Position numbers and translations under genes: made by a program. Source: Ctenodactylus gundi (taxonomy: Eukaryota). Taken from it: a stretch of 64,000 bases of DNA. The DNA is taken from assembly GCA_048771875.1 (NCBI GenBank), contig CM109709.1, forward strand, positions 44,196,541 through 44,260,540, written 5' to 3'. Of this stretch, positions 49,581 through 61,255 are shown in pieces (the stretch's first letter is position 1; the number at the start of each line of letters is the position of its first letter). Under the pieces are notes generated by a model. The model was not told the DNA's origin. It made no database searches and saw only the letters and a list, made by a program, of their open reading frames with translations.

Positions 49581-51715
49581 AAGGCAGGACTTCTACACAA
49601 ACTCAATGCAATCATCATTTAGTATTCATCCAGAATTTTCTGCACTTTGTTAAAAGTCTAGATAAAACTGTACAATGAATCTAGCCTATTTTTAACAGCC
49701 ATAAAATTCAAAGCATCACAATAACAGGTATGTGAAAGGAAGGAGTTGAGAACCAGATAAACAAGGTCACTAGAAAGACAAGACTTGTGAAAATTATCCT
49801 ATCACCCAATACATGGTAAATAAGTGGTGAGCAGACAGCAGCTTAGGTTAAAAAAAGACTCTCCGGCAAAGACAGCTTCATGAAGAAAACACGTGCATCT
49901 TGGGAACCTTAAAGTTGTAGGCCCAATATGGACGCACTTGCTACATATGGCTGCTTAATTCAAATTACAGCCACACTCGTCACATTTTAATTGCCCAGTA
50001 GCCTTAACTGGTCATATTTTAGACACTACAAACAGGCCATTTTCAGCATCATGAAACAATGCTGCTACTGGACATCAATGCCATAAAAAGTTAGTATGGC
50101 TAAAACAAGCCAAGAGGCCTAATAAAAATGCCTTCTTGCTCTTAAGTACTACAGAAACTGTTTCATTCAAACTTCACAACCCTGTATTTACAAGAAAATC
50201 GAGCAGTGACTTCAGGTCGACTGCTAAGAGCAGGAACTTAAATCCAGTTGTGCCAAAGTCCATGTCCGTCATCATCAATGGCCACCCAACATGAAATAAG
50301 AAATGGAGCCAGAGGAGGCTTCATTTTACAACAAGGTGAGAATGACACAGTGGCTCAGGAAGTGGGAGCAACCCTGAAGAAGGTGGTTTCAAGTACACAA
50401 AGATACAATCAAAGGGTTATTTTTACTCCTTTTTTTTTTTTTTTTGGTCCTATGCTCAAGCAACACTTTATAAACTATTTTTAGGGATCCAGGGTATAGC
50501 TTAGTGAGTGATACAGTGCTTCCCTGGTATGCCTAAGACCATGGGTCAATTCTTTTTACCACCACTTAAAAAAATAAAATATCAGATCAGGAGCATACAA
50601 GATTAACTAAGAGAACACACAGAGGAAGCAAAACACAATGTCAGATGTTTCTAGTTTTAATAATATCAAAACTCCTTGATCCAAGTACTTCTTCCATGAA
50701 GATAACAATAGACCAAGAAGGACAACCTGTCTAACTTACCTCACAAACAAAACCTAGAGAGCAGGGTCTGCTCATTGTGTCTCATATAACACAAAGTCCA
50801 GCACATAAATCTTGATGTTCTACATGTGCTGCCTTTCACAATGTGATGGTTCCCTGTGAGGATTCTAATCATATTTCAGTGTCATTTTACCACACAAAAG
50901 CCATTTCATACTTACTCACTGTACTCCACAAACAACAACTCATTCATTTTGCTGCCTATGGGCAGTAAGTGCTTGAAAGCACTGCTGTTCATGGCCATAA
51001 TGTCCACTTGTACATGTGTGAACAGGCTAACATAAGCTACAAGCTACAAAATAGTACTACTAAATCATCAGATGTTTCCATTTTATGATTGTACTTCCAC
51101 CCAGTTTAACTTACTTTTATTCTAGTTTACTCAGTGCTTACACTAAGCCTAGGGCTACAGAATACAACAGTAAAAGAATTTCTAGTCTTGTTAGATAGAG
51201 AAGACACAAGTATGTATAAAGCAGAGAAATGTAAGGCAGTATATCCTGGCCAAAATTCAAGTACCTGCCTTTAGAGTCACATCAGCCTTTAACGTCCCTG
51301 TTGGAAATGTCCGACTCCAAGCCCACTTGACCCATAATTGGTCTGCAGAGGCATGGAGGCTTTCCCAGGGATACTTCCAGATGGGCACAATGTGTCGAAG
51401 ACTCAGCACCTTCCTCCTCGGCAGATTTCATCTTCAACCTGAAACAAAATGTAAATGCTAAACTACCCACGTGGCACAATTTTCCTTAAAAGAGAGTTCC
51501 CTAAGACACTGCTATCAGAAGAGACTCCAGGTTTTATTTCCCATGCACTGTCAACTGTTTTGGCTAAGGAATATTTATTGTTTTAACCTCCAAGTCCAAG
51601 ATAAATCCATAGAGCACATATGGAAAAAGTGGTGAGATCAGAAACCTGAGCTACCCATACAGCTCAACCCAAGCTCATCTCATTACCCCAACATAGAACA
51701 CATTCATCTCTCTGC

Positions 51716-51768
51716 ATGTGTGTGTGTGCGTGTGTGTGCGTGCGTGCGTGCGTGTGCGTGTGTGTGTG
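51716..51768. repeat. (TG)n/(TGCG)n microsatellite.
   Basis: gtgtgtgtgtgcgtgtgtgtgcgtgcgtgcgtgcgtgtgcgtgtgtgtgtg. Confidence 0.85.
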
Positions 51769-52132
51769 AACAAGATTTAAATCTAGCAGTTTTCAAATAT
51801 ACAAAACACATCATTAACTACAATAACCATGCTATAGAGGAAATCTCCAAATCTTACCCCTCCTGGCCCAATTGAACCTTGGTACCCTCTGACCAACACC
51901 TTCTCAGTCCCACCACTCTACTCCCAGGCCCTGGCCATCTCCACTCTACTCTCTATTTCCACAATTATGTTTATGATACGTTTTTCAGATTCCACATATA
52001 AATGAGATCATCTAATCTTAATATGCTTAACATGTTGCCTCTACTAAGTGTTAAAGCTCAGGCAGCTGGTGACCAGAAATGTAGATATTCTCCATAAAAA
52101 ACTTCACATTCCTCACAAAAACTCTGAATTCA

Positions 52133-52222
52133 TGTAGCCCCGGCTGGCCTTGAACTCAGGCAATCCTCCTGCCTCACCCACCTGAGTACTGGGATTACAG
52201 GTGTGAGCCACCAAGCCCAGCT
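52133..52222 (-). repeat. B1/Alu-like SINE fragment.
   Basis: gccccggctggccttgaactcaggcaatcctcctgcctcacccacctgagtactgggattacaggtgtgagccaccaagcccagc. Confidence 0.6.
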
Positions 52223-53789
52223 TCGCTAACTACTCTTAACTATTTCAAATCCAAGATACTCTGTCTTTTAAGAAAAAGACAAGACTTGCATCCTCATTTC
52301 CTCATTCCCTACTTAACAATGAAGATTCCACTGTTCTCTATATAAATGTATTGGTAGTTCTCAACATCAAAACATGCTCTGTTGGAAAGAATGTAAAGGC
52401 TTTTTTGTGTTTGGTGGGTTGGTTGGTTTTCTTTTAGCTGGAAAACCCTACCTGAAAAACTACTGTTTCGCAGGACATGAACTAAACCTTTTAGGACATA
52501 AACAGTTTTGGAGGAATTTCCAAAGCCTTCTTTTATTTCGCATGCTCACACTCTAAAGACATTCCAGCTTTTCCTAGCGTAATGAACAATTACTTCGGGG
52601 AGTTACCCGGCACACATTTTCTCAGCAAGTACTGAAAGTGTGACCCCTATGTCTTTGTGAATACAAGAAGCACTGGATTTTTCTGGGTCACTGCTGTCAT
52701 TCCTTCCCAACATTAAACAAGTGATCAGAACAAAATAACCAAGTGCTGCTCAAGCCAAAGTGGGCAAAGACATAATTATGTAAAGGTACAGGCATGTTTT
52801 TTCCTTTCATAGAAAGTCTCCTATTGCTAATCAGAACATGCAGACTGGTGACTGGTTTCCAAGCATTACCGCATGCACAAAAAAACATAAATAACAGGAA
52901 GCACTGCAAATAGCTAGAGTCCTTTTAAAGGAGATAATATACCAAAACCCAGCTGAAATGCAACATGTGCCAATTCATATGTAAAACTTTTCATTTTGAG
53001 AGAAAGAAGATTGTAAGCTACTTAAGTATCTATGAGCAGAAGCTAAATAAATTCTGGCATGTATATACATGTATATATATACTTCTAGAAGGTGCTTAAT
53101 ATTTATCTTACACGGATGAACCCCTGGCCTTTATACATTTTATTTATTCTTTAAGCCCAGAATGGCTCTCTTCATCTCCCAAGGTCACCAGAGTAGTAAA
53201 CTGCGGTGCTAAAATTTAAAAATAGTCTTGCACTAGGTGACGTCCCTGATTTTTTTCAATGTATCTTAATATTATGAGGACACATTCACCACACTAAAAT
53301 GAGCAACTTCCCCTGAGTCTTACTACAACCATCCGATCCGCACTGGCTGCCCAATCTTACTAAGAAAGCAGGACTGCCCTAGACAGGTAGGGGGCACAGC
53401 CAGCGTCTGCAGAAGCGCCCACAGACCCGGTAAGGACTAGGCTCCACAGACATTCACCAGAGAAATTAAAACGCACTGAACTCCTCCAAAGATCTCTTCT
53501 CAGTCAGAGAGATAGAAAGGGTTAATGAAGTCGAGTGTTTTCCCAGAAGACCGACACGTTGAACCTGAAGCAGCACCTATGGTCCCGGGGTCGCCAGGTC
53601 TCCGCAAAGGCAGGCGAGCATGCAACGCACAAGCACACGTGGAGACCACCCAGGCTGAGCACTGACCGCCCTCCCCAAGCTCCCAGCAGCTAATCGCCGT
53701 GTAATTCACGCACACCACAGGGCTGACCTGAAATAAAAGCCTGCCCCTTGTTACACGGAGCACACGAAAGGGAATTCAAAACATCCAGA

Positions 53790-53900
53790 GAGCGAAATCA
53801 AGCGCACACTCACCAGCCCACCAAGACGGAGAGAAAGAAAGTGGAGATACAGGAAGCGACCTCGAGAAGCGGCCTCTGAGCCTGATTGGCTGAAGAGTTC
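53790..53900 (-). promoter_or_regulatory. Candidate distal promoter and first non-coding exon of the CCNB1IP1 host transcript.
   Basis: A CCAAT box (cagccaatcag on the minus strand, 53883-53893) is followed by a minus-strand donor ggtgggctg|gtgagtgtgcgc at about 53814. The segment is moderately CpG-rich and not a repeat. Confidence 0.3.
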
Positions 53901-54664
53901 AAGGACGGGCCCTCCTCCTTCACCTTGGAAGGGCAGACGAGATGGGAGCCCTGGGCACCTACTCGTGTCTTTATGAATCTGTGGCGCTGTCTGTACTGTT
54001 TTTAGGTGGAGCTTATTAAACTCAGTGTCCGGGGGTAAATACACTTAGCCCAAGAGATCACAGACTGACTTGAGCTATCCATGTTCTTATCCATGTAGAT
54101 GGGCTCACTGTACTCTAGTCCAAACAATTTTCATATTTCTTAGGATAGCTTCCTCTTCTTTATGGGTAACTTGTACAAGGTAACAGATCCACCATAAATA
54201 GACCACATCCCGCCAACTTAGAACTTATTTTCGGGGTAATCTTCCAGTTACAGTCTTAGTGAATGAATGGCTAACTTTTAACTTTTAAAGTAAAATTAAG
54301 CCAATTTTGAAGCTGAGCCTTGTATTTACTCATATTCATCTTAACCTCAGTTCCTCAACTCTAATAAAAGGAGGGAAAAATGATCACATCTTCCTAGGAT
54401 TGTTCTGAGGATTAAGAAAAATACTTCACATAATGTACCCAGTATAACACCTGCTGCAAGGTGCTCAAAACACATTAGCTGTCATGATCGCTATGTATAG
54501 TTTCTGGTTGGACTTAACACCCCAAGAACATATAAATATCTAAAGGGCATAATGTGTGTTTTATACATCTCTGAAGTCATGATTGATTAATACCTGATTT
54601 GACTCCTCAAATTCCCTCCAGCTAAACCATATATTCTTTTTACTATGTTAAAATTGCTCTTTCA

Positions 54665-54885
54665 GGTTCTCACTCTGTAGCCCAGACTAGTCCTGAACTC
54701 ACTATGGAGCCCAGGCTGGCCTTGGACTCATGGCAATTCTCCTGCATCAGCTTCCCGAATACTGGAATTACAGGTGTGCACCACCACACCTGGCTTTTTG
54801 TGGTGCTGGGGAATCAAAGTCAGGGCTTTGTGTTTGCAAGGCAGGCACTTTAACTGGCGTGCCATCCCTCCAGCTGTTCTTAAGC
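54665..54885 (-). repeat. Composite SINE.
   Basis: ggttctcactctgtagcccagactagtcctgaactcactatggagcccaggctggcc...ctggcgtgccatccctccagc. Confidence 0.85.
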
Positions 54886-55879
54886 CATAATCAAAGAACT
54901 TGCTGGCACAATAGTCATCAGGACTTTTAAAAGCTTTAAAGCATAACATTCAGTCATGTACAAATATTATATACATTTACTAAATGTATAAAGATTCAAG
55001 ACATTGTAGTATAAAAAAAACAAGAAACACAGGCCCTCCCTAGACTCTCAGCACTGCAAAAAGAAAAAAAGAAGATACAGCCATAACTAACTAATGGGTA
55101 AGCCCCACCAACATGCACTTCACTACGTGCCCTGAGGAGCCTCTGACAAACTGAGGCTTAGGAAACCACCAAGCAAAGAATACTGACTTAGTTACTCTTG
55201 TTTAAAGATGTTATCACCTGAAAAAGGTAGCACTCTTCAATTTTCTATATAATGTATCGAAAATGAAGAATCTGAAAATAACACTTGTAGGTAGGTAACT
55301 AAAATTTGAGTATACCTTTTGCAAATCCATATCTAGTTACTAATCTTGGAGAAATATTGTGGGCAAAGAGGCCCACAGAAGAGAGATTGTTCATTTCAGT
55401 ATTGGCTACAATAACAAAACAATTGGTAGAAACATGCATGTCTATCCAAAAAAGAATCATTAAACTATGGTGTAACTATTTCGTGAAAATACTACCCGGA
55501 GTCACAGAGACCAAAGTAGGTGTACATATCCTGCTTTGGAAAGACCTCCAACACATATTAAGTGGGAAAAAAATACATTTATATAATACTCCACACATAT
55601 TAAAAACTGCATTAAGCAAAATATTTCTATACATGCGCATGTTGGCAGGTGAGTGAAAAGAAAGTGTTACAGAGTGAGACACATCAAACTGACAGTGGTT
55701 GCTCCAAGGTCAGAGTGGTGACAAGGAAGGGAGGAATATTTTGTCTTTTGCTTTTGAATGTCTGTACCTTTTCACAAAGATAATGTATTCATGTTTAAGT
55801 TAAACTTGCTTAGCATACAAGAAGCTCTGGGTTTGACTTCCAGCACTAAATAAATTAATAATAAATAAATAAATAAATA

Positions 55880-56125
55880 GGGGCTGGGCGAATGGCTCAG
55901 CAGTTAAAGCGCTTACCTAGTAAGTCAAGACTAAGTACCCGAGTTCAGTTCCCCAGCACCACTGACACCGGACATGGTGGCACATGCCTGTAATTCCAAT
56001 ACTCAGAGGCAGAGACAGGAGGATTGCCATGAGTCCATGGCAAGTACGGGCTCCATAGTGAGTTCAGGACCAGCCTGGGTTACAGAGCAAGACCCTATCT
56101 CAAAATAAATAAATAATAAAACTAA
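55880..56125 (+). repeat. Composite SINE with an (AAAT)n tail.
   Basis: ggggctgggcgaatggctcagcagttaaagcgcttacctagtaagtcaag...caagaccctatctcaaaataaataaataataaaac. Confidence 0.85.
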
Positions 56126-56184
56126 AGAACGTTCATTAAACTTTTAAAGCTTTATTCATTTAGCTATTTATTTATTTTGTGATA

Positions 56185-56345
56185 CTGAAGATTGAACCCA
56201 GGGCCTTTGTACAGTGCTATATCCCCAGCCTCTTTTTATGGTGTATCTGAGACAAGGTTTTGCTGAGTTGCTAAATTGCCCAGATCCTCCTGCCTCAGCC
56301 TCCCAGAGCGGTAGGAGTATAGATCTGTGCCACAGTGCCCAGGGA
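56185..56345 (-). repeat. SINE of a different subtype.
   Basis: gaagattgaacccagggcctttgtacagtgctatatccccagcc...gatcctcctgcctcagcctcccagagcggtaggagtatagatctgtgccacagtgcccagg. Confidence 0.55.
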
Positions 56346-57897
56346 AAGTTTTTTTTTTAATCTTATTAGATTCCTTTAGCCACTGGTCTTTAAGATTCCA
56401 AGTTTCTTTATTCAGTAATTCTCAAGAGAGTGAGGCTCAGTCAAATCTCACCCTTCCTTCAGAAATCCACTCTCCTCCGAGTCGCATTTCTCCCTTGCTC
56501 TTGGATATGCTGCCATATGTATCAATTGCACCTCATTCAATCAACATTACTGAAAGCTGGAATTTCCCAGCCGTTGGTTATACAGCTGTGCACAAAACAC
56601 ACGAAGCCAGTCTTCACTTGGTGCTGACAGTCTAGCAGAGAGAGTCACATTCTTTAAAAATTAAGCTAATATGTGTCAGGTTGTAATTAGCACTATGGAA
56701 AAAATAAGCAAGGTAAGATGCCACAAAAAGGTGACATTAATGATAGACACCACTGCTACAGCGACTAGGACATGAGAATAAAAATCTGAGAGGAGGAAAG
56801 AAAGGAATCAATCTGGCCAGCTGGAAGGGCGAAACAGGAAGGCCAAACAAGAACCTGGAGTCAGACAGCGGCTGGAGCCTTGGATGCAGCGAAAAAAGAC
56901 TGTGTAGCTCATAGATGGAAGCAAAAAATGAAATCCACTTACTGGGTAAGAGACAGATCTCATAAGGCCCCCAGCAGGTCTCAGCTGTGGAGACGGGAAA
57001 GGAGATGTGGTCTAGCTAAGGGATCTCTCTGTCTGTGATACTAGTGGGACCAGCTTCTCCTTCACCTGAAAATATTTCCAGAGTTGGCACTAAAAGTGTG
57101 AAATCCCAGGAACCCCACGATGTGACGAAAACAAAGGTTGGTCAACCCTCAGGGGCCAAGGTAAAAACAGAGATGCAGTAAGCAGTAGCTCCACTGTCAA
57201 AAATCAGGTCACATAGTCATAAATATGCAGGAACTCATAAAGAGATTGAGATCAAATATTTTTGTCAATCTTGAAAAAAATTCAGTTTCTAAAGTCATTC
57301 CAGTGACTTGGGTGCAGAAAGTGCTACCCCAAGATATTGAGAAAACATCAGAAGTAGAAAAATTTGTTCTGACCTTGCCCTTTCTCCTGTGGAAAAGGCC
57401 ATAGAAACTAGAATTCTCTTTGCCCTTTCTTCCTTGAAGCAGGTCACAAAGCCTAAAAATATCACTCCCTGATCTTCTCTTCTCTCCTAAAGATAGGTCA
57501 GAGGTGACAGGTGTCTGGTATCCCCAGGGAAGGGACATGTCACACAGTAATGCCAAAGAGAAACTTTATTACCATGAGATTACACTCTGTCTTCCAATCA
57601 TAATTTTGCACAACTGTCCTTTAAAAAACAAGCATATCTCCTTGTTTCTTTGAGTTGCATTTCTGAAGCCTCCAGTACTGTGTAACACTGATACTAAATA
57701 GATGTGCAGACTTTTTTCTTGTTAATCTGTCATTTGTTACAGGATCTTGGCCATGAACATAACGAGTGAGGAAAGAAATCTCTTCCTTCTTGCACCCACT
57801 TAGGAACAGGCCTTTGGGGAGACAGTTACTCTGAATTTTCTTTTTTCTCTTAAGTTTTTCTTTTTATTTTCTTTCTGTTTTTGTTCTAGTTTTGCTC

Positions 57898-57925
57898 TGT
57901 TTTGTTTGTTTGTTTGTTTGTTTCA
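57898..57925. repeat. (GTTT)n microsatellite.
   Basis: gttttgtttgtttgtttgtttgtttgtttc. Confidence 0.85.
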
Positions 57926-57927
57926 TT

Positions 57928-58060
57928 TTTTGAGACAAGGTCTCACAACGTAGTCTAGACTGACTAAACTCAATAGGTAGGCCTTGTTGGCCTAGAACCC
58001 ATGGCAATCCTCCTGCCTCCCAAGTACTAAGATTACCAACATGTGCCACCATGCCCAAGT
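57928..58060 (-). repeat. B1-like SINE preceded by a (GTTT)n tract.
   Basis: tttttgagacaaggtctcacaacgtagtctagactgactaaactc...caatcctcctgcctcccaagtactaagattaccaacatgtgccaccatgcccaag. Confidence 0.7.
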
Positions 58061-58164
58061 TAACATGAACTTTTTCATAATGTAAGTATACAGGGGATCA
58101 CTTTTCAGCCTTTTGGCTGAGATCAGGTGTAAGGATATAGGAGTAAAAGCAATAGCATTTCTTT

Positions 58165-58193
58165 TGTGTGTGTGTGTGTGTGTATGGTGGCGG
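58165..58193. repeat. (TG)n microsatellite.
   Basis: ttttgtgtgtgtgtgtgtgtgtatgg. Confidence 0.8.
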
Positions 58194-58194
58194 T

Positions 58195-58380
58195 GGTGGT
58201 AGTGGGAATTGAGCTCAGAGCCTTGGCACTGAGCTACATCCCCAGCTCATTTTTATTTTTTATTTTGCAACAGGCTCTTGCTAAGTCACGAAACTATTCT
58301 GGCTGGGCTCCACCTTGTGATTCTCCTGCCTCAACCTCTCTGAGAGCTAGGATAACAGGCCTGCACATAGGGCCTGGCTA
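58195..58380 (-). repeat. SINE-like element, diverged.
   Basis: ggaattgagctcagagccttggcactgagctacatccccagc...ctcctgcctcaacctctctgagagctaggataacaggcctgcac. Confidence 0.5.
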
Positions 58381-58704
58381 CAGCATCCTGAATCTGGAAA
58401 TTTGAAGCTCACTTCATATCCTGAGCTTTGCCTTTGCCAGGAGGGTGGGAAAGCATTTGAAAAGCTAGAGACAGTTGAGACATTTCTGGAGCTTGATGAT
58501 GTTACCTCCATTTATGTGTTACCACTGAAATATCCATACATGTGTTTTGAAAAAGAGAAAAGAATACCTGAGGTGCAAGAGAAGGAATAATCTCGTGTTT
58601 GAATGATTTATAAATAACTCTTAAAAGTCAAAATTTAAGAAACAACTTTGAACTCTGATGCTCTACAGTCATATGAATTCCTTTCAAGGAAAAAAAGGGA
58701 GTGG

Positions 58705-58790
58705 GGGTGCACTGCGTGGACGTAGCTTAGCGGTAGGAACTTGCCTAACATACACAAGGCTCTGAGTTCAATCTCCAGGCCAAAAATGAA
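58705..58790 (+). repeat. ID-like tRNA-derived SINE monomer. This is not a tRNA gene.
   Basis: gggggtgcactgcgtggacgtagcttagcggtaggaacttgcctaacatacacaaggctctgagttcaatctccaggcc. Confidence 0.6.
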
Positions 58791-59044
58791 GCCTCTAGAG
58801 AATCTAAGCCCCTTTTCTGAATAATTTCATTTCATTAGAGAGGTGACTAAAGAAAATCAAATGCATTTAATTTACTACATTTCCTCATACAAGTAAAAGT
58901 GCTGAATGAACCCTAATTAAAAGGAATCTTTTTAGCAATAAGAAACATCATCTGCACATTTAATCGCATCTTTAATTTTATGTACAGTATGGGGAATACA
59001 CCTTGTGCACCCAAGGCAAGTGCTCTACCACAGAGCGACATCCC

Positions 59045-59135
59045 TTTTTTCTTTTTCTTTTTGAGACAGGGTTTCACTAAGCTCTCAGGCTGCCCCCAAG
59101 CTTGTGATCCCTCTACCTCTGCTTCCCAAGTAGGA
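59045..59135 (-). repeat. B1-like SINE fragment.
   Basis: ttttctttttctttttgagacagggtttcactaagctctcagg...ctacctctgcttcccaagtagg. Confidence 0.55.
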
Positions 59136-59444
59136 ATCATTTTTTTTTAATCTCTGGTGTAGTTATTCTTAAGGCTGATTTCCTGGAATCCTCCTTGGGA
59201 AAGACCTAAAAATTCATGCCATGACCATATTATCTTTTAAATGTGTATGGAATTGTAATTACTGTCATGAAACTGAAGATAAAATCATAACGTGGAATCT
59301 CCCAGTCCTAACCGTGCCTCTTACGATTACACAATGTGAAAATGAAGTCTGTCCCTCCCACACGTACATGCTGAAAGTCCTAACTCCCCAGATCCCCAGA
59401 ATTTGACTGTATTTGGAGATCAGGCTTTAAAGGGAAGGAGGTGT

Positions 59445-59555
59445 AATTGGGCTGGGGACGTGGCCCATTGATCAAAACAGCAGATTCGATTCCCCAACCC
59501 CTGAAAAATGGGTGTTGTGGTGAATACCTGTAATCCCAGCACTTGCTGGGGCGTG
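59445..59555 (+). repeat. SINE fragment with a tRNA-like head and the start of a B1-like body.
   Basis: ggctggggacgtggcccattgatcaaaacagcagattcgattccccaacccc...gaatacctgtaatcccagcacttgctggggcgtg. Confidence 0.55.
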
Positions 59556-59889
59556 TTAACCACTTCCTGGGGCGTGTGACTAAGGTCATACCTTCAGGCC
59601 ACAATCCAGTAAGATAAATGTCTTTATAGGAAAAGGAGACAGGTCACAGGCATAATCGGAGGGAAGTTCGTGTAAAGCACAGAGGGAAGATTAGCCATCT
59701 ACAAGCCAGAGAGAAGCCTTAGAAACCCAGCCCTGTTAACGACTTTATCTGGGACTTCTAGACTCCCTAAGTATAAGAAAATAAGTTTTTTGCTCAACCT
59801 ACTCAATCTTTAATCTGTACTAAATAAACTAAATTTAGAAGCACTGAATAAACTCTTACCGTTACAAAGATTAGCGCGGTTTAGGCATG

Positions 59890-60115
59890 TGCACCTAGCA
59901 AATAGAGCCTTAGAACAGCAAGGGCAAGGCCCCAAATTCGACTCCCCAGCACCACAAAAATCCAGCATGGTGGCGCACGCGTGTAATCCCAGTGCTGATG
60001 AGGCTGAGGCAGGAGGATTGCTGCGAGTTAAAAGCCGGCCTGGGCTCCACTGTAAATTCAGGACCAGCCTTGGACTACAGAGTAAGACCTAGCATCAAAA
60101 ATAAATAAATAATAT
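59890..60115 (+). repeat. Composite SINE located immediately 3' of RPPH1.
   Basis: ...caaggccccaaattcgactccccagcaccacaaaaatccagcatggtggcgcacgcgtgtaatcccagtgctgatgaggctgaggcaggaggattgctgcgag...aataaataaataat. Confidence 0.8.
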
Positions 60116-60654
60116 ATAGTTTCTTAGATATAATTTATTTGTGCCATCATAAATCAGATATTGTTGACCTGCCACTGAAGTTAACTAATCCAACCCAATA
60201 TTTATTGAGGGTCCACATTTTGTCATATGTTCAAATATTTGATATGCCTTGAGGTTATCGTGATATCTCTTCTAAAAGTGGAATTTCTAGTTATTTAAAG
60301 TCATATTTCTAAGACATGCAACTTATTCTTCTACTGGTCTTGCTAAAGCTTCCCTAATATTGGTTTTGTGTGCGTGTGCGCATGGTACCAGGGACTGTGC
60401 TTCCTCCATGTTGCCGAAATCAGCGTCATCCAGTATTGCAAAAACCAACAAAACCAAACCCGAGCTGAGTCCCACCTTCGTCTTGATCCACAAAGATCTT
60501 GAGCGGAGGGCGGGGGGTTACACAGCCCTGCATCCCGTGCGTCCCACGATCTGGGAACCTATGACCGGATGTCACCGAGTGCCAACGGGCCTCCGTGCAA
60601 GTCCAGAAAAGGGAGCCGGGTCGCACTTACCACGCGGAGGCAGCGCCCCAAGGG

Positions 60655-60665
60655 CGCCAAAAGAA
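60655..60665 (-). terminator. RPPH1: Pol III terminator T-run of RPPH1.
   Basis: The minus strand reads ...CCGCC TTCTTTT GG immediately 3' of the H1 RNA body. Confidence 0.6.
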
Positions 60666-60985
60666 GGCGGGGGAGAGTAGTCTGAATTGGGTTATGCGGC
60701 CCGCTGGCGGTGCCGCACCTCAGCCATTGAACTCACTGCGCCGGCCGTGAGTCGCTTCCAAGCCCCGGCGGGGGAGGCATCCGCCGGCCGCCGCGGCCCG
60801 CCGGCTTCTCCTGCCCGGTCGGCCCCCGCGCGGGGCCCCGCTCTCTGGGAACTCACCTCCCCGCGTCGGGGAGGGCCCTGTTAGGGCCGCCGCTGGCCCT
60901 AGTCTCAGACCTTCCCAGGGGCCGGGGGAGAGTGACGCGCCGCACTCCGCTCGTAGCCCCACTGATGAGCTTCCCTCCGCCCTAT
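60660..60985 (-). ncRNA. RPPH1: RPPH1, the RNA component of RNase P (H1 RNA).
   Basis: The minus strand reads ATAGGGCGGAGGGAAGCTCATCAGTGGGGC...GGTCTGAGACTAGGGCCAG...GAGGTGAGTTCCCAGAGA...CATAACCCAATTCAGACTACTCTCCCCCGCC and ends in a T-run. This is collinear with human H1 RNA from its +1 ATAGGG to its 3' end. Confidence 0.92.
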
Positions 60986-61080
60986 GGAGGGAAAATTGCG
61001 GAGGCAGCGTTTATAAAGCTACCGAAGCCAGCGATGCCTTAAAGTCATGGTGATTTCCCACAATACACAGCAATATGCAA
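60986..61080 (-). promoter_or_regulatory. RPPH1: RPPH1 type-3 pol III promoter with a TATA box, a PSE and an octamer-like DSE.
   Basis: TTTATAA lies at about 61010-61017, roughly 26-32 nt upstream of +1. A PSE-like stretch at 61030-61055 reads gtgggaaatcaccatgactttaagg. An octamer-like tttgcatat sits at about 61066-61075. Confidence 0.6.
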
Positions 61081-61089
61081 ACAGATGGG

Positions 61090-61212
61090 GGGAGTTTCCC
61101 GGCCCTGATCCAATCGTCTTATTGCCTGGGCGCACGCGCCCTGCGCTTTCCCAGCCAATGACGGAGCCCGCGACTGGTAGCGGGGAGTTGATGACGTCGG
61201 AGTTCGAACGCT
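61090..61212 (+). promoter_or_regulatory. PARP2: PARP2 TATA-less promoter and 5' UTR region in a bidirectional CpG island.
   Basis: CCAAT boxes (ccaatcg at about 61100, cagccaatgac at about 61153) and a CRE-like TGACGTC at about 61192 lie just 5' of the ATG at 61213. The region is part of the CpG island. Confidence 0.45.
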
Positions 61213-61255
61213 ATGGCGGCGAGACGGAGGGATGCGCGCCGCGGCGGGAAAGGAG
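61213..61255 (+). CDS. PARP2: PARP2 coding exon 1 (MAARRRDARRGGKG), ending in phase 1.
   Basis: atggcggcgagacggagg... matches human PARP2 MAARRRRSTGGGRAR. Donor is gag|gttcgg at 61256. Confidence 0.75.

Noticed and set aside
50248-50484. Plus ORF of 78 aa (MCQSPCPSSSMATQHEIRNG...).
   Set aside because: It has no recognisable similarity or splice context and is probably random intronic sequence. Not verified by database search.
58705-58790. tRNA-gene-like sequences (also at 7802-7880, 62105-62185 and 33224-33275).
   Set aside because: These are ID-like SINE heads. They have degenerate A/B boxes, no proper acceptor stem or T-run terminator, and they continue into SINE bodies or A-tails. They are not bona fide tRNA genes.
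60360-60680. Plus ORF of 106 aa overlapping the RPPH1 3' half.
   Set aside because: It is antisense to a highly structured GC-rich ncRNA and shows no protein similarity.
60720-60962. Minus ORF of 80 aa (MGLRAECGASLSPGPWEG...).
   Set aside because: It lies entirely within the RPPH1 non-coding RNA. The ORF is a GC-rich artefact.
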